IMG/VR virus record: IMGVR_UViG_3300026118_000002
Span: 1-64,000 of that record
Origin: a virus
DNA length: 64,000 nucleotides
Direction: 5' to 3' (one strand)
Shown: positions 34,434 to 43,878 of the stretch, piece by piece
Numbering within the stretch: the first letter of the stretch is position 1
How the letters are laid out: the number at the start of each line of letters is the position of its first letter
The notes under the pieces: model-generated
Databases searched by the model: none
What the model saw: the letters and a program-made list of their open reading frames with translations, nothing else
Told to the model about the DNA's origin: nothing
Position numbers and translations under genes: made by a program

Positions 34434-35915
34434 ATGCCAATCTGGGAGCAATTGCCGGCCTTCTACGCCAACAGTGAGCAGATCGATAGCTCGACTGACC
34501 TGAACCTGATGCGTGTTGCGACTGGGCTGATCGATCGCTGGTCGTATCGCAACGAGCCGGCCTTTGACTCGTCTACAGGCGTGGATCGAATTAACACGCC
34601 TGGCTACTATGATCTTACGACTCCACTCCGTATCTGGTGGGGGTCGGCGCTCTACGTCACTGGCTGCACAACGCTGACAATCGAGGGCTTCGGCGCAAAG
34701 TCCAGCGCCGAACTGCTCAAGGTCTATATCAACGGCACGGACGTGTCGGGGAGCGGTACCGCACTGGGCACGATTACCTTGCCCACTGGCTCGTCTGCCG
34801 CGTTTAGCCAGGCATTCACGGTCACTGGCTTGACCGATGGCACGGTGGTACCGATCGAGATACGGGCTGAGGGCACGCACCTGTCAACGGCGACGTGGGT
34901 GATTATGGATGTCTATTTCAGCGCGATCACGAAGAGCGGATGGGTCGCTGCGCCGTCGTTCGCCGCCGTCGCCGATGCGACCGATCCCGTCAAGCTGAAC
35001 GGGCTGTGCTTCTCACTCCAATGGATGTTCGAGCGCATGCGGCTCATCCCGATGGTGCCCCGACTCGCGCTCTTTTACAACTTAGGCCCGTTCAAAGACC
35101 CCAGCAGTGGCGATCCACAGCACACCAACCGCCCGATGTGGTATGGCTCGATTGGCCGCTACTATGCCAATGCCGAACTACGGATCGCGGGCGTGATCCA
35201 GAGTTTGACCACGACGGGCTACAACTTCACAGTCTATCTGAACGGCACACTCGCCTACACCAGCCCGACCTACGGCATCGGCAGCACCTACCCTGACGTA
35301 CGAATCGCGCTCTCATCCTACACGCTTGGCAGCCGTGTGCGCGTCCACATTCTCGCCAGCGCAACGAATGGCGGGACGAGCAACCCGCTGCGCTTCACCC
35401 GATGGACGTTAGGGATATGCCACGCCTACGCCGATAGTAGCGGCTGGCCGTATGCAACACTGCCTGCGAAGTTCGTGGGACCATCGGCAAGTACGAACGC
35501 CGATGCGCTACGCATCAAGCTCGCGAACCTTGCGACGATTGTGAACAATGCCAAGGCGCGGATCGATGCACGGCCTGAGCAGTGGGCGCGTTCACGGGCG
35601 ATGCGGCGCTACTACACACGCAATACCTTCACGGAGCAGTTACTGGTTGCCCGCGCCCGCCCGCATGTACCACAGCGATCAGGGAGTGAATTGTTTGTCA
35701 AAGGCAAGGATATTAAGGTCGGCTACGGGCCGATCACGGTCACCGTGGATGCGGCGGCGAACGGCTTTGAGAACTACCAATATCAACGCCAAGAGAGTGT
35801 GAGTGGGGCGGAAGCGGGGGCGCTCGTGGCGATGGATGGGCTGAAGGGGCTCGACGTAGGGGAAGCCTACGCGATTTTAGGCGATCCGCTCTACGCTGCC
35901 GAATATATTTCCTAG
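34434..35915 (+). CDS. Minor tail protein
   Basis: 493 aa beta-rich in the tail module. Confidence 0.75.
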   Translation: MPIWEQLPAFYANSEQIDSSTDLNLMRVATGLIDRWSYRNEPAFDSSTGVDRINTPGYYDLTTPLRIWWGSALYVTGCTTLTIEGFGAKSSAELLKVYINGTDVSGSGTALGTITLPTGSSAAFSQAFTVTGLTDGTVVPIEIRAEGTHLSTATWVIMDVYFSAITKSGWVAAPSFAAVADATDPVKLNGLCFSLQWMFERMRLIPMVPRLALFYNLGPFKDPSSGDPQHTNRPMWYGSIGRYYANAELRIAGVIQSLTTTGYNFTVYLNGTLAYTSPTYGIGSTYPDVRIALSSYTLGSRVRVHILASATNGGTSNPLRFTRWTLGICHAYADSSGWPYATLPAKFVGPSASTNADALRIKLANLATIVNNAKARIDARPEQWARSRAMRRYYTRNTFTEQLLVARARPHVPQRSGSELFVKGKDIKVGYGPITVTVDAAANGFENYQYQRQESVSGAEAGALVAMDGLKGLDVGEAYAILGDPLYAAEYIS

Positions 35916-36319
35916 GGAGCAGGATGCAACACACACGCACGTTTCAGCGCGTCAATCAGCGCCATGAATGCGGCGGCACTGCGAATATCAGGATCGGTGC
36001 CGTACAGCTCTCGCCAGACAGCACGCGCCCAGCGCACCGGTTCGGCATCATCGGGGATCGGCGGGTCACCACGCATCACGGAGCGGATCATACTCAGCCA
36101 TACGGCACGCCAGACTGCGGTATTCGGCAGCAGAGTCATCGGGCCGACCGACTCGGCGATAGTAGACATGCGCGCAATAACCAGGTCTGGCATGCGGCCC
36201 ATGCGGGCCTGTAGTATAAATTGCTCGCGCTCTACGAGCAAAGCGGCTCGCGCACGAGACTCGGGATTATGACTCAGGGCGAGACCGCCAATGATCACTG
36301 TTAGTTGTTCGATGTTCAT
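35912..36319 (-). CDS. Antisense inserted gene (moron), probably leaderless
   Basis: TGcTATACT (36334-36326) ends 6 nt before the ATG; exactly fills the gap between tail genes. Confidence 0.65.
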   Translation of the reverse strand: MNIEQLTVIIGGLALSHNPESRARAALLVEREQFILQARMGRMPDLVIARMSTIAESVGPMTLLPNTAVWRAVWLSMIRSVMRGDPPIPDDAEPVRWARAVWRELYGTDPDIRSAAAFMALIDALKRACVLHPAP

Positions 36320-36344
36320 AGCACCAGTATAGCACAAGAACACA

Positions 36345-37778
36345 ATGCCACCTAGACCCATAGGTAAAAACCGCACCATTCGCCGGATCGACGGTGCCTC
36401 ACAGCAGCCCTTCTCGCTCGCATCGGGCGACGGCGGCGTTATTCCGCAGACCGCACCGCCATCGCCGCCGACGATCGCCGCGCCGACGGGTCTTGCGTTG
36501 ACTACCGCGCTCTACTCAGCCGTCACCCCAGCCGCGCGCATCAGTGCGACCTGGAATGGGCTTGAAAGCTACGACAACGAACTGTACGCCGTGCAAATCT
36601 CCACCGATAGCGCGTTCGCGGTCGCACTGACAGAGACCTATCGCACCGGCGTCAACCAGACGAGCATGCTGATCGACAATCGGCGCGTGAACACACTGTA
36701 CTATGTGCGCGTGGCGGTGATTGTCGGCGACACACAGAGCGATTGGAGCGCGGCGGTCAGTACTACAACTGGGATCGATACGGTCGCACCAAGCCCGCCG
36801 ACGGGCATCACGGCAGCCTTTTTCAATGCTGGCGATCTGCTCATCACATGGACAAATCCAACCGAGACGAACTTCAGAGACGTGGAGGTCACGATCTGGA
36901 CGAGTTCCGCCAAGACAACCCAACTCTGGATTGCCAACACCGCAACCGGGCGCTTCGTCTTCACATCGGGGATGAACGGTCAAGCGACGGCGGGTGTGTA
37001 CGATCCGGCGCTGTATGTCGAACTGCGGTCGCGCAACTGGAATGAGGCGTACAGCGCTGCCGTGAACGCCTCAGCGACGCTCGCGCGACCGACAACCCCT
37101 GCTGGACTCACGTCGAGTTGGGCAGGTGACACCGGGGCGGCTGGCCCCGATTGTACCGTGCGCTGGACCGCACTCGTGAACTACCGCTATTGGCTCACGA
37201 TTGACAGTGTCGCGCGGGCGCTAGGTATCACGGATCAATTTACCGAGACGCTCGACGCGAATCGCACCGATCATAGTGGCACGCCCGATCAAGTGCTGAG
37301 TCTGTCGCTCGTGGCAGTTGACGCGTTAGGGCAGACCAGCGCCGCGCCCGCAATCGCCACAGCGACGAATGCCGCGCCCGCCGCGCCGACCGTCACGCTC
37401 ACACCGGGGTTTTCATTCCTGATCGCAAACGTGACCAGCGCCGCCGCCGCTGATTTCTTGAGTTACGAATATGTCTGGAAGCGCGACGGCACGACCGTGC
37501 GCACGCTACCGAGCCCAGCCGCCCAGCAGCAGTACGAGTTGACTACGACTGAGGATGGTGGACAGCATAGCTGGACGGTCGCCGTACGCCAGAAAGACGT
37601 ATTTGGGCAATTCAGCAGCGCCACCACAAGTAGTGCGGTTGTCTTAGAGGCACTGACGCTCGGCACACTCCGCGCGGGCGCGTACTACTCCGATAGCGAC
37701 GGCGGCACATCGGCGACACTCAAGGCTGCATTGGCAGATGATGTAAGATCATCGGGGGGGGTCGTGTATAGCGCATAG
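36345..37778 (+). CDS. Fibronectin-III repeat tail protein
   Basis: APTGLAL...YYVRVA...SDWS; DTVAPSPPTG...ITWTNP. Confidence 0.85.
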   Translation: MPPRPIGKNRTIRRIDGASQQPFSLASGDGGVIPQTAPPSPPTIAAPTGLALTTALYSAVTPAARISATWNGLESYDNELYAVQISTDSAFAVALTETYRTGVNQTSMLIDNRRVNTLYYVRVAVIVGDTQSDWSAAVSTTTGIDTVAPSPPTGITAAFFNAGDLLITWTNPTETNFRDVEVTIWTSSAKTTQLWIANTATGRFVFTSGMNGQATAGVYDPALYVELRSRNWNEAYSAAVNASATLARPTTPAGLTSSWAGDTGAAGPDCTVRWTALVNYRYWLTIDSVARALGITDQFTETLDANRTDHSGTPDQVLSLSLVAVDALGQTSAAPAIATATNAAPAAPTVTLTPGFSFLIANVTSAAAADFLSYEYVWKRDGTTVRTLPSPAAQQQYELTTTEDGGQHSWTVAVRQKDVFGQFSSATTSSAVVLEALTLGTLRAGAYYSDSDGGTSATLKAALADDVRSSGGVVYSA

Positions 37779-37791
37779 CGGCACGCGGAAT

Positions 37792-37801
37792 ATGCTATAA
37801 T
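37792..37801 (+). promoter_or_regulatory. Extended -10 promoter inside the tail module
   Basis: ATGCTATAAT. Confidence 0.65.
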
Positions 37802-37845
37802 ACACAGCAGGGGCAGCACGCGCGCTGTCCACACACAACTGAATT

Positions 37846-37898
37846 CATCCGACGATCCAACGGGTCGTAACTCTTGCGAGTTACGACCCGTTTTGTTG
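37846..37898 (+). terminator. Conserved box plus terminator-like hairpin, copy 2
   Basis: CATCCGACGATCC + AACGGGTCGTAACTC-TTGC-GAGTTACGACCCGTT-TTGTTG. Confidence 0.8.
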
Positions 37899-37919
37899 TG
37901 TCTGAAAAGAGAAACGCAT

Positions 37920-38105
37920 ATGAAGCCCATCGCACCCACACCGCCCGCCGCGCCGGTCATCCCGGCTCCGCAGGTGCCCGCACTTACGGCGCTACGCGCG
38001 GGGGCGATCTATAAAGACAGCACCGGCAGAAGTAGCGCAGTCTTGGCGGTGCTGAAAGACGACAATCGTGCGGCGGGCAGCCCCGGCATTACCTACGGGC
38101 CGTAG
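37920..38105 (+). CDS. Small protein paralogous to the C-terminus of the FN3 tail protein
   Basis: LRAGAIYKDS..DDNR..GITY versus LRAGAYYSDS..DDVR..GVVY. Confidence 0.65.
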   Translation: MKPIAPTPPAAPVIPAPQVPALTALRAGAIYKDSTGRSSAVLAVLKDDNRAAGSPGITYGP

Positions 38106-38114
38106 AGGAACAGT

Positions 38115-39902
38115 ATGACCAGCATCCCGATCTCGATGCTCCGTGATGACTTTTCCGATGGTGCGTTTGCGCTCGCGTGGGGCGCATCGGCGACGCTCGG
38201 CAGCGCGACATTTACCGAGGCAGCCGGGCGTGCGACGATTACGCTCCCCTCATCCGTCGCTGGTAGCCACGAAGCGGCATTCGCGACCGGCGCGGTGTAC
38301 AACCTGACGGGCGACGGCTGCACGATCAACATTCAGACGATGGTTGCGACCGGCGTTGCGGCGACCGCCTATTTCGATCTGCGGCTCGATAACAACAACT
38401 ACCTCCGCTGGCGACAGGTCAGCAACGTCATCACAGCCCGCTCGATGGTTGCGGCGGTCGATACGCAGCTTTTCACCGCTACGTGGAGCGCAACGACCTA
38501 CCAGTATCTGCGCATCCGTGAGTCGGGCGGCACGATCTTTTTCGACAGCAGCACGAACGGTACGACATGGACGAACCGCGCATCCGTCGCGAACCCATTC
38601 GCGGTCACAAGCCTAGCGGTGTGGCTTGGCGCGCTGTGCGGCACCGTCGCCAGCCCCGGCACGTTCAAGATCGAGGATGTGAATCTGATCCTGCCTGCAC
38701 TCACGACGAACTGGCACTGGACACAGACGGAGTGGCCGCTCTTCAACCGCTATCGCAACATCACGATCGCGGCGACGAGCGGGCAAGGCTATCTTGCGAC
38801 CGCCAGTAGCGTGGATGCGAGCGGCAACCTCGTGTCGCCGCAGTATTGGAGTGGCCCGCTCGCGGGCGATGCCGAGACCCTGACCAGTCAAGCAACACAG
38901 ACTGCCGCACAAGCGATGGCGGTCAACTTGCCACTCGACGGTCGCTGGGGCTTGCCGCAGATGGTGGAGGCGCGCTACGTCCGCCTGTACCACCGCTCGA
39001 TTACCGGCAGTAGCTACACACTCCGAGAGGACTATCCGCGCCGGCTGTTGCAGGCTGATGATGTGGAGGCAGAGGTATTCCGTGGGCTGCGCTACGAGGG
39101 GCACCAGTTCATCTGTGATCAGCTCTCGGCGCTCAGCGCGAACGTGGGCGTGCTCACGGCGGGCGTGATCGATGGGGTGACGATCTACGCGGGCGGACAA
39201 AAAATACGCCTCGACGCGACCGGTCTACAGATCAATACACATCTCACATCGGTTTTTGACTCCGCTCGCGCGATCTCCTTTACGGACAGCACACGCAAGG
39301 TTAGTCTAATCGAGTCCTATACCGACGGCATCTTTGATGACATCCGCATCGGTGTCTATAAGGCCGGCACTTTTATGAATCTCGGCTCACGGATGATCAT
39401 TGCGGACGATATTACCGCAACGAATGGAAGCTCGATCACCCTTAGTCTCTTGAATGCACCCGGTGCATTCAACTTCCGTAATGGCGGCTTGAACATCGGT
39501 ACAACAGCAGCTGGTGCGGCAGATGGACAGATCGCCTCTACGGGCGTATCGGCGCTCGGCGGCGCGACGCTCGACGCCAACATTGCGCTCGGCGTGAAAG
39601 GCCCCGGCACGACGACGGCGACGCGCGGGCTGCGTGTCACCAACGCAGCCGCCGCGATCTCGCTGGACGTGTATGACGATCGTACCGTCGCCATTCCTGG
39701 TGGACTCAACGTTGGAACTGCCGTTGGCGCAGTTGCGGGGCAGATCAAAATAAGCGGAGCCATATTGGTAGGAACAACGATTCAGACGAGCCAGAATATA
39801 CCATGGAGCTTTGGTGGAGTTACTGCCGGCAACCCCGGCACGCCCACCAAATACGCAACTGTCGTTATTAGTGGGGTTACGTGCAAAGTCCCACTTCTAT
39901 AA
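38115..39902 (+). CDS. Tail fibre/receptor-binding protein
   Basis: N-terminal lectin-like domain, DQLSALSANVG fibre motif, GGLNIGT/GGLNVGT repeats. Confidence 0.8.
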   Translation: MTSIPISMLRDDFSDGAFALAWGASATLGSATFTEAAGRATITLPSSVAGSHEAAFATGAVYNLTGDGCTINIQTMVATGVAATAYFDLRLDNNNYLRWRQVSNVITARSMVAAVDTQLFTATWSATTYQYLRIRESGGTIFFDSSTNGTTWTNRASVANPFAVTSLAVWLGALCGTVASPGTFKIEDVNLILPALTTNWHWTQTEWPLFNRYRNITIAATSGQGYLATASSVDASGNLVSPQYWSGPLAGDAETLTSQATQTAAQAMAVNLPLDGRWGLPQMVEARYVRLYHRSITGSSYTLREDYPRRLLQADDVEAEVFRGLRYEGHQFICDQLSALSANVGVLTAGVIDGVTIYAGGQKIRLDATGLQINTHLTSVFDSARAISFTDSTRKVSLIESYTDGIFDDIRIGVYKAGTFMNLGSRMIIADDITATNGSSITLSLLNAPGAFNFRNGGLNIGTTAAGAADGQIASTGVSALGGATLDANIALGVKGPGTTTATRGLRVTNAAAAISLDVYDDRTVAIPGGLNVGTAVGAVAGQIKISGAILVGTTIQTSQNIPWSFGGVTAGNPGTPTKYATVVISGVTCKVPLL

Positions 39903-39914
39903 GGAGGAAGTACC

Positions 39915-40229
39915 ATGTCTGCGCCTTTTGAGAACACCGCAGTAAAAATCCAGGCGTCGCAACGGGTGGAGAACATCCCCGGCATGTTTAGAACCATCAA
40001 ACAGATGGCGGATGAGGTGGTTGTGCTCATGGATCAGTATGTCGCAACGGTCGGAGCTGATCCGGCTGATATTGTGCTCCATGCAGCAATGGACTATCTC
40101 TATGACGATCCAGACGAGCGGGCCGCGTTTATAGATATGCGTGATGACTGCTTTGCGCTCGCTGCCAATTGGCATACGAATCACGCGGATGTCCTCGCTA
40201 TCACAGAGCCACCTCCACCCGCTCCATGA
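39915..40229 (+). CDS. Hypothetical protein (fibre-associated)
   Basis: SD AAGGAGG. Confidence 0.7.
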   Translation: MSAPFENTAVKIQASQRVENIPGMFRTIKQMADEVVVLMDQYVATVGADPADIVLHAAMDYLYDDPDERAAFIDMRDDCFALAANWHTNHADVLAITEPPPPAP

Positions 40230-40453
40230 TCACCACCAACGGCACGCACGCCGCCATCCTGGACGCGGAAATGCGCCTCACCACGATTCGTGAGGCGCTG
40301 GCGATCCGCGCGCGCCTGCTCGCCCGCATCGCCGAACTAGAAGCCGCCGAGCGTGAGACCGAGATGCAACTGATTGTCATCCGTAATCTGCTGGCGGATG
40401 AACGACGGTTACTGACTCCACCCGCACCGCAAGCGACGATCTTCGAGGCATAG
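40226..40453 (+). CDS. Coiled-coil hypothetical protein
   Basis: ATGA overlap. Confidence 0.6.
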   Translation: MITTNGTHAAILDAEMRLTTIREALAIRARLLARIAELEAAERETEMQLIVIRNLLADERRLLTPPAPQATIFEA

Positions 40454-40479
40454 GGCGCACTCCGCAACGGATCGCGGCG

Positions 40480-40734
40480 ATGCGCGGCACGCCCGATATG
40501 GTTGGGATCATCCAGACCATCTATCAGCAGATTCAGGTGCTTGCGGCCTTGCGCGTGCCGTACAACAACGTTGAGGACGGCGGCACCGACCCAGGCGACA
40601 TCATCATTCACGACACGATCAATCTCGCGTACGGGGGCGGGGAGCGCGCGAACATCTTCGATAAGGCTGGCACCTTGGAGGATGCGGTGTCGGCATGGGA
40701 CCCCTCTGATGAGTTGCTGATCTTTTCGTTCTAA
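40480..40734 (+). pseudogene. Possibly degraded paralog of 39915..40229
   Basis: GTDPGDIIIH versus GADPADIVLH; no SD; coding-like sequence continues in other frames. Confidence 0.4.
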
Positions 40735-40867
40735 CGGAGATCGGGCTGAATCAGGCGCTCTCGGAACAAGCAATCGCCGCTCGCGTCGCACCGAGGCGCG
40801 GGCGACGATCATCGCAGCTATTCAGCGCGTACTAGGGGTGACTGAGGCGGGGTAGCGGAGACATAGA

Positions 40868-40895
40868 GCAGCCCCCTGGATTACCAGGGGGCTGC
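40868..40895. terminator. GC hairpin between the convergent late and early transcription
   Basis: GCAGCCCCCTGG-ATTA-CCAGGGGGCTGC; no long U tract. Confidence 0.7.
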
Positions 40896-40927
40896 GGTGG
40901 CATGTTTAGGCACGAGGGCTGGACTGA

Positions 40928-41170
40928 TCATTTGCTTTCTTTCGACGGCCACGGTCGCCCGTGCGCCGGTGGCGTGAAGGTATCGAGCGCGTCCTGCTCG
41001 ATCTGCCACGTCGCCCGCGTACCACTACCGAGCGATGTGGCAGGCAGCGCGCCAGAGCGACACCAGGCGGCGATGTGGCGGGCGCGCGGTGGGTAGGTCT
41101 CACCATGGACTCTGATGAGTACACCGCGTGCGGCGAGCAGCGCGGCGGCTTCGGCAGTGGTCAGCTTCAT
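40928..41170 (-). CDS. Excisionase-like HTH protein with GRP tail
   Basis: LTTAEAAALL...WCRSGALPA...WQI...GRP. Confidence 0.75.
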   Translation of the reverse strand: MKLTTAEAAALLAARGVLIRVHGETYPPRARHIAAWCRSGALPATSLGSGTRATWQIEQDALDTFTPPAHGRPWPSKESK

Positions 41171-41643
41171 TGCGCCACCCTTGTTTTGTTGGCTTCCTGC
41201 ATGACCAAGTCCCGATAACTGTACGTGCTGGAACTCCATCGTCCCTCCCCGCCAACCAACTCAACGCTCCCGTATTTATTCAGAATAACCTGCACCAGAT
41301 CGCCACCGTAGCGACGAGCGACCTTGTCAGCGCGGCGCTGAAGAAACCCAGCCGAGTAACTACGGCTGCAAAAGATAAAATCAGCGCCGAAATGCACTGG
41401 CTCGCCGTCTAACTCGCCCGTGCGGGATGACTTGAGATCGATCATACCGTCAAACGTCGCGCCCTCGAACCGCCCAACCACCTGCTCAACATCAGCCAAG
41501 AGCGGTCCGTCAGTCCAGCCGATGCTGATGGATGCGCCGCCGCTATATGTCTTACTCTTGACCCTGAATGTAATCGTCGGGAAACTCGCTTTGAGCGCGA
41601 CACGGACGAGTTTGGCGGTCTCTGCACAGGTGATGTATTTCAT
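41167..41643 (-). CDS. LPD29-like domain protein
   Basis: ETAKLVRVALKASFP..FRVKSKTYSGGASISIGWTDGP...FDGMID. Confidence 0.75.
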   Translation of the reverse strand: MKYITCAETAKLVRVALKASFPTITFRVKSKTYSGGASISIGWTDGPLLADVEQVVGRFEGATFDGMIDLKSSRTGELDGEPVHFGADFIFCSRSYSAGFLQRRADKVARRYGGDLVQVILNKYGSVELVGGEGRWSSSTYSYRDLVMQEANKTRVAQ

Positions 41644-41675
41644 TACTTTATGCTTTCGCTATGTCACTTCTTACT

Positions 41676-41709
41676 CTTTAAGTATAACACAGTATCATAC
41701 TTAAAGCAA
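41676..41709 (-). promoter_or_regulatory. Promoter with 10-bp inverted-repeat operator
   Basis: TTGCTT-17-TATACT; CTTTAAGTAT/ATACTTAAAG. Confidence 0.75.
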
Positions 41710-41813
41710 GCGAATAGCCCGTTATACAGGCGCGGATTTTCGGCTACTTCGGGCAGCGCAGCCGAGGCGACGCTCACCGCCATCCGCGCGCTCGTTGCGG
41801 CGTAGCGCAACAA

Positions 41814-41843
41814 AGCGGCCCCGGCGAGTTCGCCGGGGCCGCT
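41814..41843 (-). terminator. Terminator-like hairpin
   Basis: AGCGGCCCCGGCG..CGCCGGGGCCGCT followed by TTGTT on the minus strand. Confidence 0.7.
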
Positions 41844-41862
41844 GCTATGAGGAGGCGAGGGG

Positions 41863-42117
41863 CTAGAGCAAGCCGCCGTCCTCTTCGATCATGCCGTCCA
41901 GAAAGGCATCTGCGGTGTCGGGGTGCCCAAAGCATCGCACCCCGGTGGGATCGCCCGCCGCATCATAGAGCGCGGCCCGGATCAGGCTCCCGTCCCCCGA
42001 TGCCGAGGGGACGATTTGGACAATAGCGGATCGCATCTTCGTTCGCACGCCGCTGCGCTGATATGCGCGGCATGCCTCGGAGTCGGACTGAAACTGTGTC
42101 CATTCGGTTGCGTTCAC
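41863..42117 (-). CDS. Hypothetical protein
   Basis: SD GAGG. Confidence 0.6.
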   Translation of the reverse strand: MNATEWTQFQSDSEACRAYQRSGVRTKMRSAIVQIVPSASGDGSLIRAALYDAAGDPTGVRCFGHPDTADAFLDGMIEEDGGLL

Positions 42118-42151
42118 TTTGATTCCTCTCTGCCGCTATTCGGCGGCACTG

Positions 42152-42565
42152 CTACCATCCCCAGCCGCGCCGTCGTCGCTCCGCAGCATAGACATCCGAG
42201 CGCGCCTGCTCTGCCTCATACGACGCATCCCCGCGAAGCCGCGCCGTCTCCTCGTCGCGCTGCTGCGAGCGCGACCACGTTGCGAGATCGCCATCCGTTG
42301 CGAGCCGCAAGTCGAAATCTTCTTTCGCCGCCGCTAGGCGCGAATAAACCACCGCCACGTCATCGGGAATAGGCGCATTCGAAGACCAAAGATCAAGTAC
42401 TCCATCTGGCAGACGAACAACCGCTGCGTCGTCTGGTTGTGATGTCGGATTTCGCTGTAAGAGCGAAATCAACTCATCCCGTGTAACTGGGTCCATCATT
42501 TTTTCCTCTCTGCCACATTGTACTGCGCGTCTCCATACGACGCGACCGCTTGTTGGAGTTGTCAT
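42152..42565 (-). CDS. Hypothetical protein
   Basis: SD AAGGGGAG; alternative start near 42499. Confidence 0.55.
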   Translation of the reverse strand: MTTPTSGRVVWRRAVQCGREEKMMDPVTRDELISLLQRNPTSQPDDAAVVRLPDGVLDLWSSNAPIPDDVAVVYSRLAAAKEDFDLRLATDGDLATWSRSQQRDEETARLRGDASYEAEQARSDVYAAERRRRGWGW

Positions 42566-42599
42566 CGTGCTCCCCTTACTCTCGCCGCCTCTGCGGCGC

Positions 42600-43310
42600 C
42601 TACGCCGCGTAGGCGCCGCTCTCGCTAGTCCGTCGCTCTTCGTCTAGGCAGATTTGCTGCACGCGCTGCCTTGAGATACCATAGGCTGCGCCTATTTTTT
42701 CAAGTGTCTCGCCGTTCCGGTGACGTTCGGTAATAACGCGATTCCGAACAACCAACTGCTGTTGGCGCGACTCTCGATCCGATAGTCTCTTTTGTGCCTC
42801 TTGGCTCTGGCAGTCAGCACATGTCTTGCGTGTGGCTACTTTACCCACCATCTGCCGCCCGCAGCTTTGGCAGAGTTTCACCGCAGCGTGGTGTTTAATT
42901 GTGATGCGACGAATAAACACCGGGTCTGGTTCTGCCGGTACAAATGAAGCGAGATCGATCATGCAGAAATAGGCACTCATCCGTGTCTCGTATATTCCGG
43001 CCATAAGACCGAGCCTTACAAGCGTGGCCTCACCGACCGAGATGCGCGGAATACTGTTGCTCGCAGGGCCGACGATCGCGTAACTTGATTCCGAGTGCGA
43101 CGGGCGAATACAGACAAATCCCCCACGACGATAGATGCTTACCCGCGCTGGCTGACCCATCGCCTGCCATCGCGCGCGGCCAATGAACACCCGCGCTGCA
43201 CCTGTTCCAGTCTCGCTGGCGCGCTCTTCTACGCGCACGAATGTCGCCCCTGTGCCTTCGGGTCTCCCTGCGTTCGGGGCACCCTTCTGCGGTCCGCGCT
43301 TACCCATCAC
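42600..43310 (-). CDS. Putative DNA-binding protein: N-terminal beta domain, zinc finger, sigma70-region-4-like HTH
   Basis: CQSC..CADC; GETLEKIGAAYGISRQRVQQI. Confidence 0.75.
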   Translation of the reverse strand: MMGKRGPQKGAPNAGRPEGTGATFVRVEERASETGTGAARVFIGRARWQAMGQPARVSIYRRGGFVCIRPSHSESSYAIVGPASNSIPRISVGEATLVRLGLMAGIYETRMSAYFCMIDLASFVPAEPDPVFIRRITIKHHAAVKLCQSCGRQMVGKVATRKTCADCQSQEAQKRLSDRESRQQQLVVRNRVITERHRNGETLEKIGAAYGISRQRVQQICLDEERRTSESGAYAA

Positions 43311-43599
43311 ACATCACCCGTGCTGTCCAAAGCGCCGCTATGATCCGATCGATCTCGCGACACAGCGGGCTATTATAATCAAGCGTCTCGCGCTGCTCAT
43401 TTAGCCAGGTCAGCAGGATCGGCGTCTCTTCCGTCATTAGCAGAACTACCGCACGTCCCTCAGCAATCGCCACGTCGAGCTGATAGGCACTACCGGTGCC
43501 GGGGTGCGGACCGGTCTTCGCAACAAGCCCTGCGGCGGCGGCGGCGGCTCGCTTTGCCGCCGCCTGCTGCTCGGTAAGATTCTGGTTGCGCGGCATCAC
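43300..43599 (-). CDS. Hypothetical protein
   Basis: Coupled in the operon. Confidence 0.55.
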   Translation of the reverse strand: MMPRNQNLTEQQAAAKRAAAAAAGLVAKTGPHPGTGSAYQLDVAIAEGRAVVLLMTEETPILLTWLNEQRETLDYNSPLCREIDRIIAALWTARVMCDG

Positions 43600-43781
43600 A
43601 GCGCAACCAAAACCAACTCACGCCAGTTCGTCGGGGCTGCAACGAAATCACCATCCTCATCACTGTACGGCATGACCTGTTCGCCATCGCATTCGCCGAG
43701 CCACGCGCCTTCACCATTCTCGTAAATACCGTCCGCATCCGCGAACCCCTCAACCGCCACTGGCTTGATTTGATAGTCCAT
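43596..43781 (-). CDS. Small acidic protein
   Basis: SD GAAAGGG; first gene after a strong promoter. Confidence 0.65.
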   Translation of the reverse strand: MDYQIKPVAVEGFADADGIYENGEGAWLGECDGEQVMPYSDEDGDFVAAPTNWRELVLVAL

Positions 43782-43797
43782 TGCTGTGCCCTTTCGT

Positions 43798-43849
43798 AAC
43801 TATATAGTTTAGCTACCTGTATGATACACCTAAACTATATAGTTGTCAA
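43798..43849 (-). promoter_or_regulatory. Promoter with two perfect 12-bp palindromes
   Basis: TTGACA-17-TATCAT; AACTATATAGTT at 43798 and 43833. Confidence 0.85.
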
Positions 43850-43878
43850 GCACTTTATCGTATTCTTGCGATATTGCG

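Noticed and set aside
36345-40734. Diversity-generating retroelement or invertible fibre cassette
   Set aside because: No reverse transcriptase, invertase, or template/variable repeat pair seen
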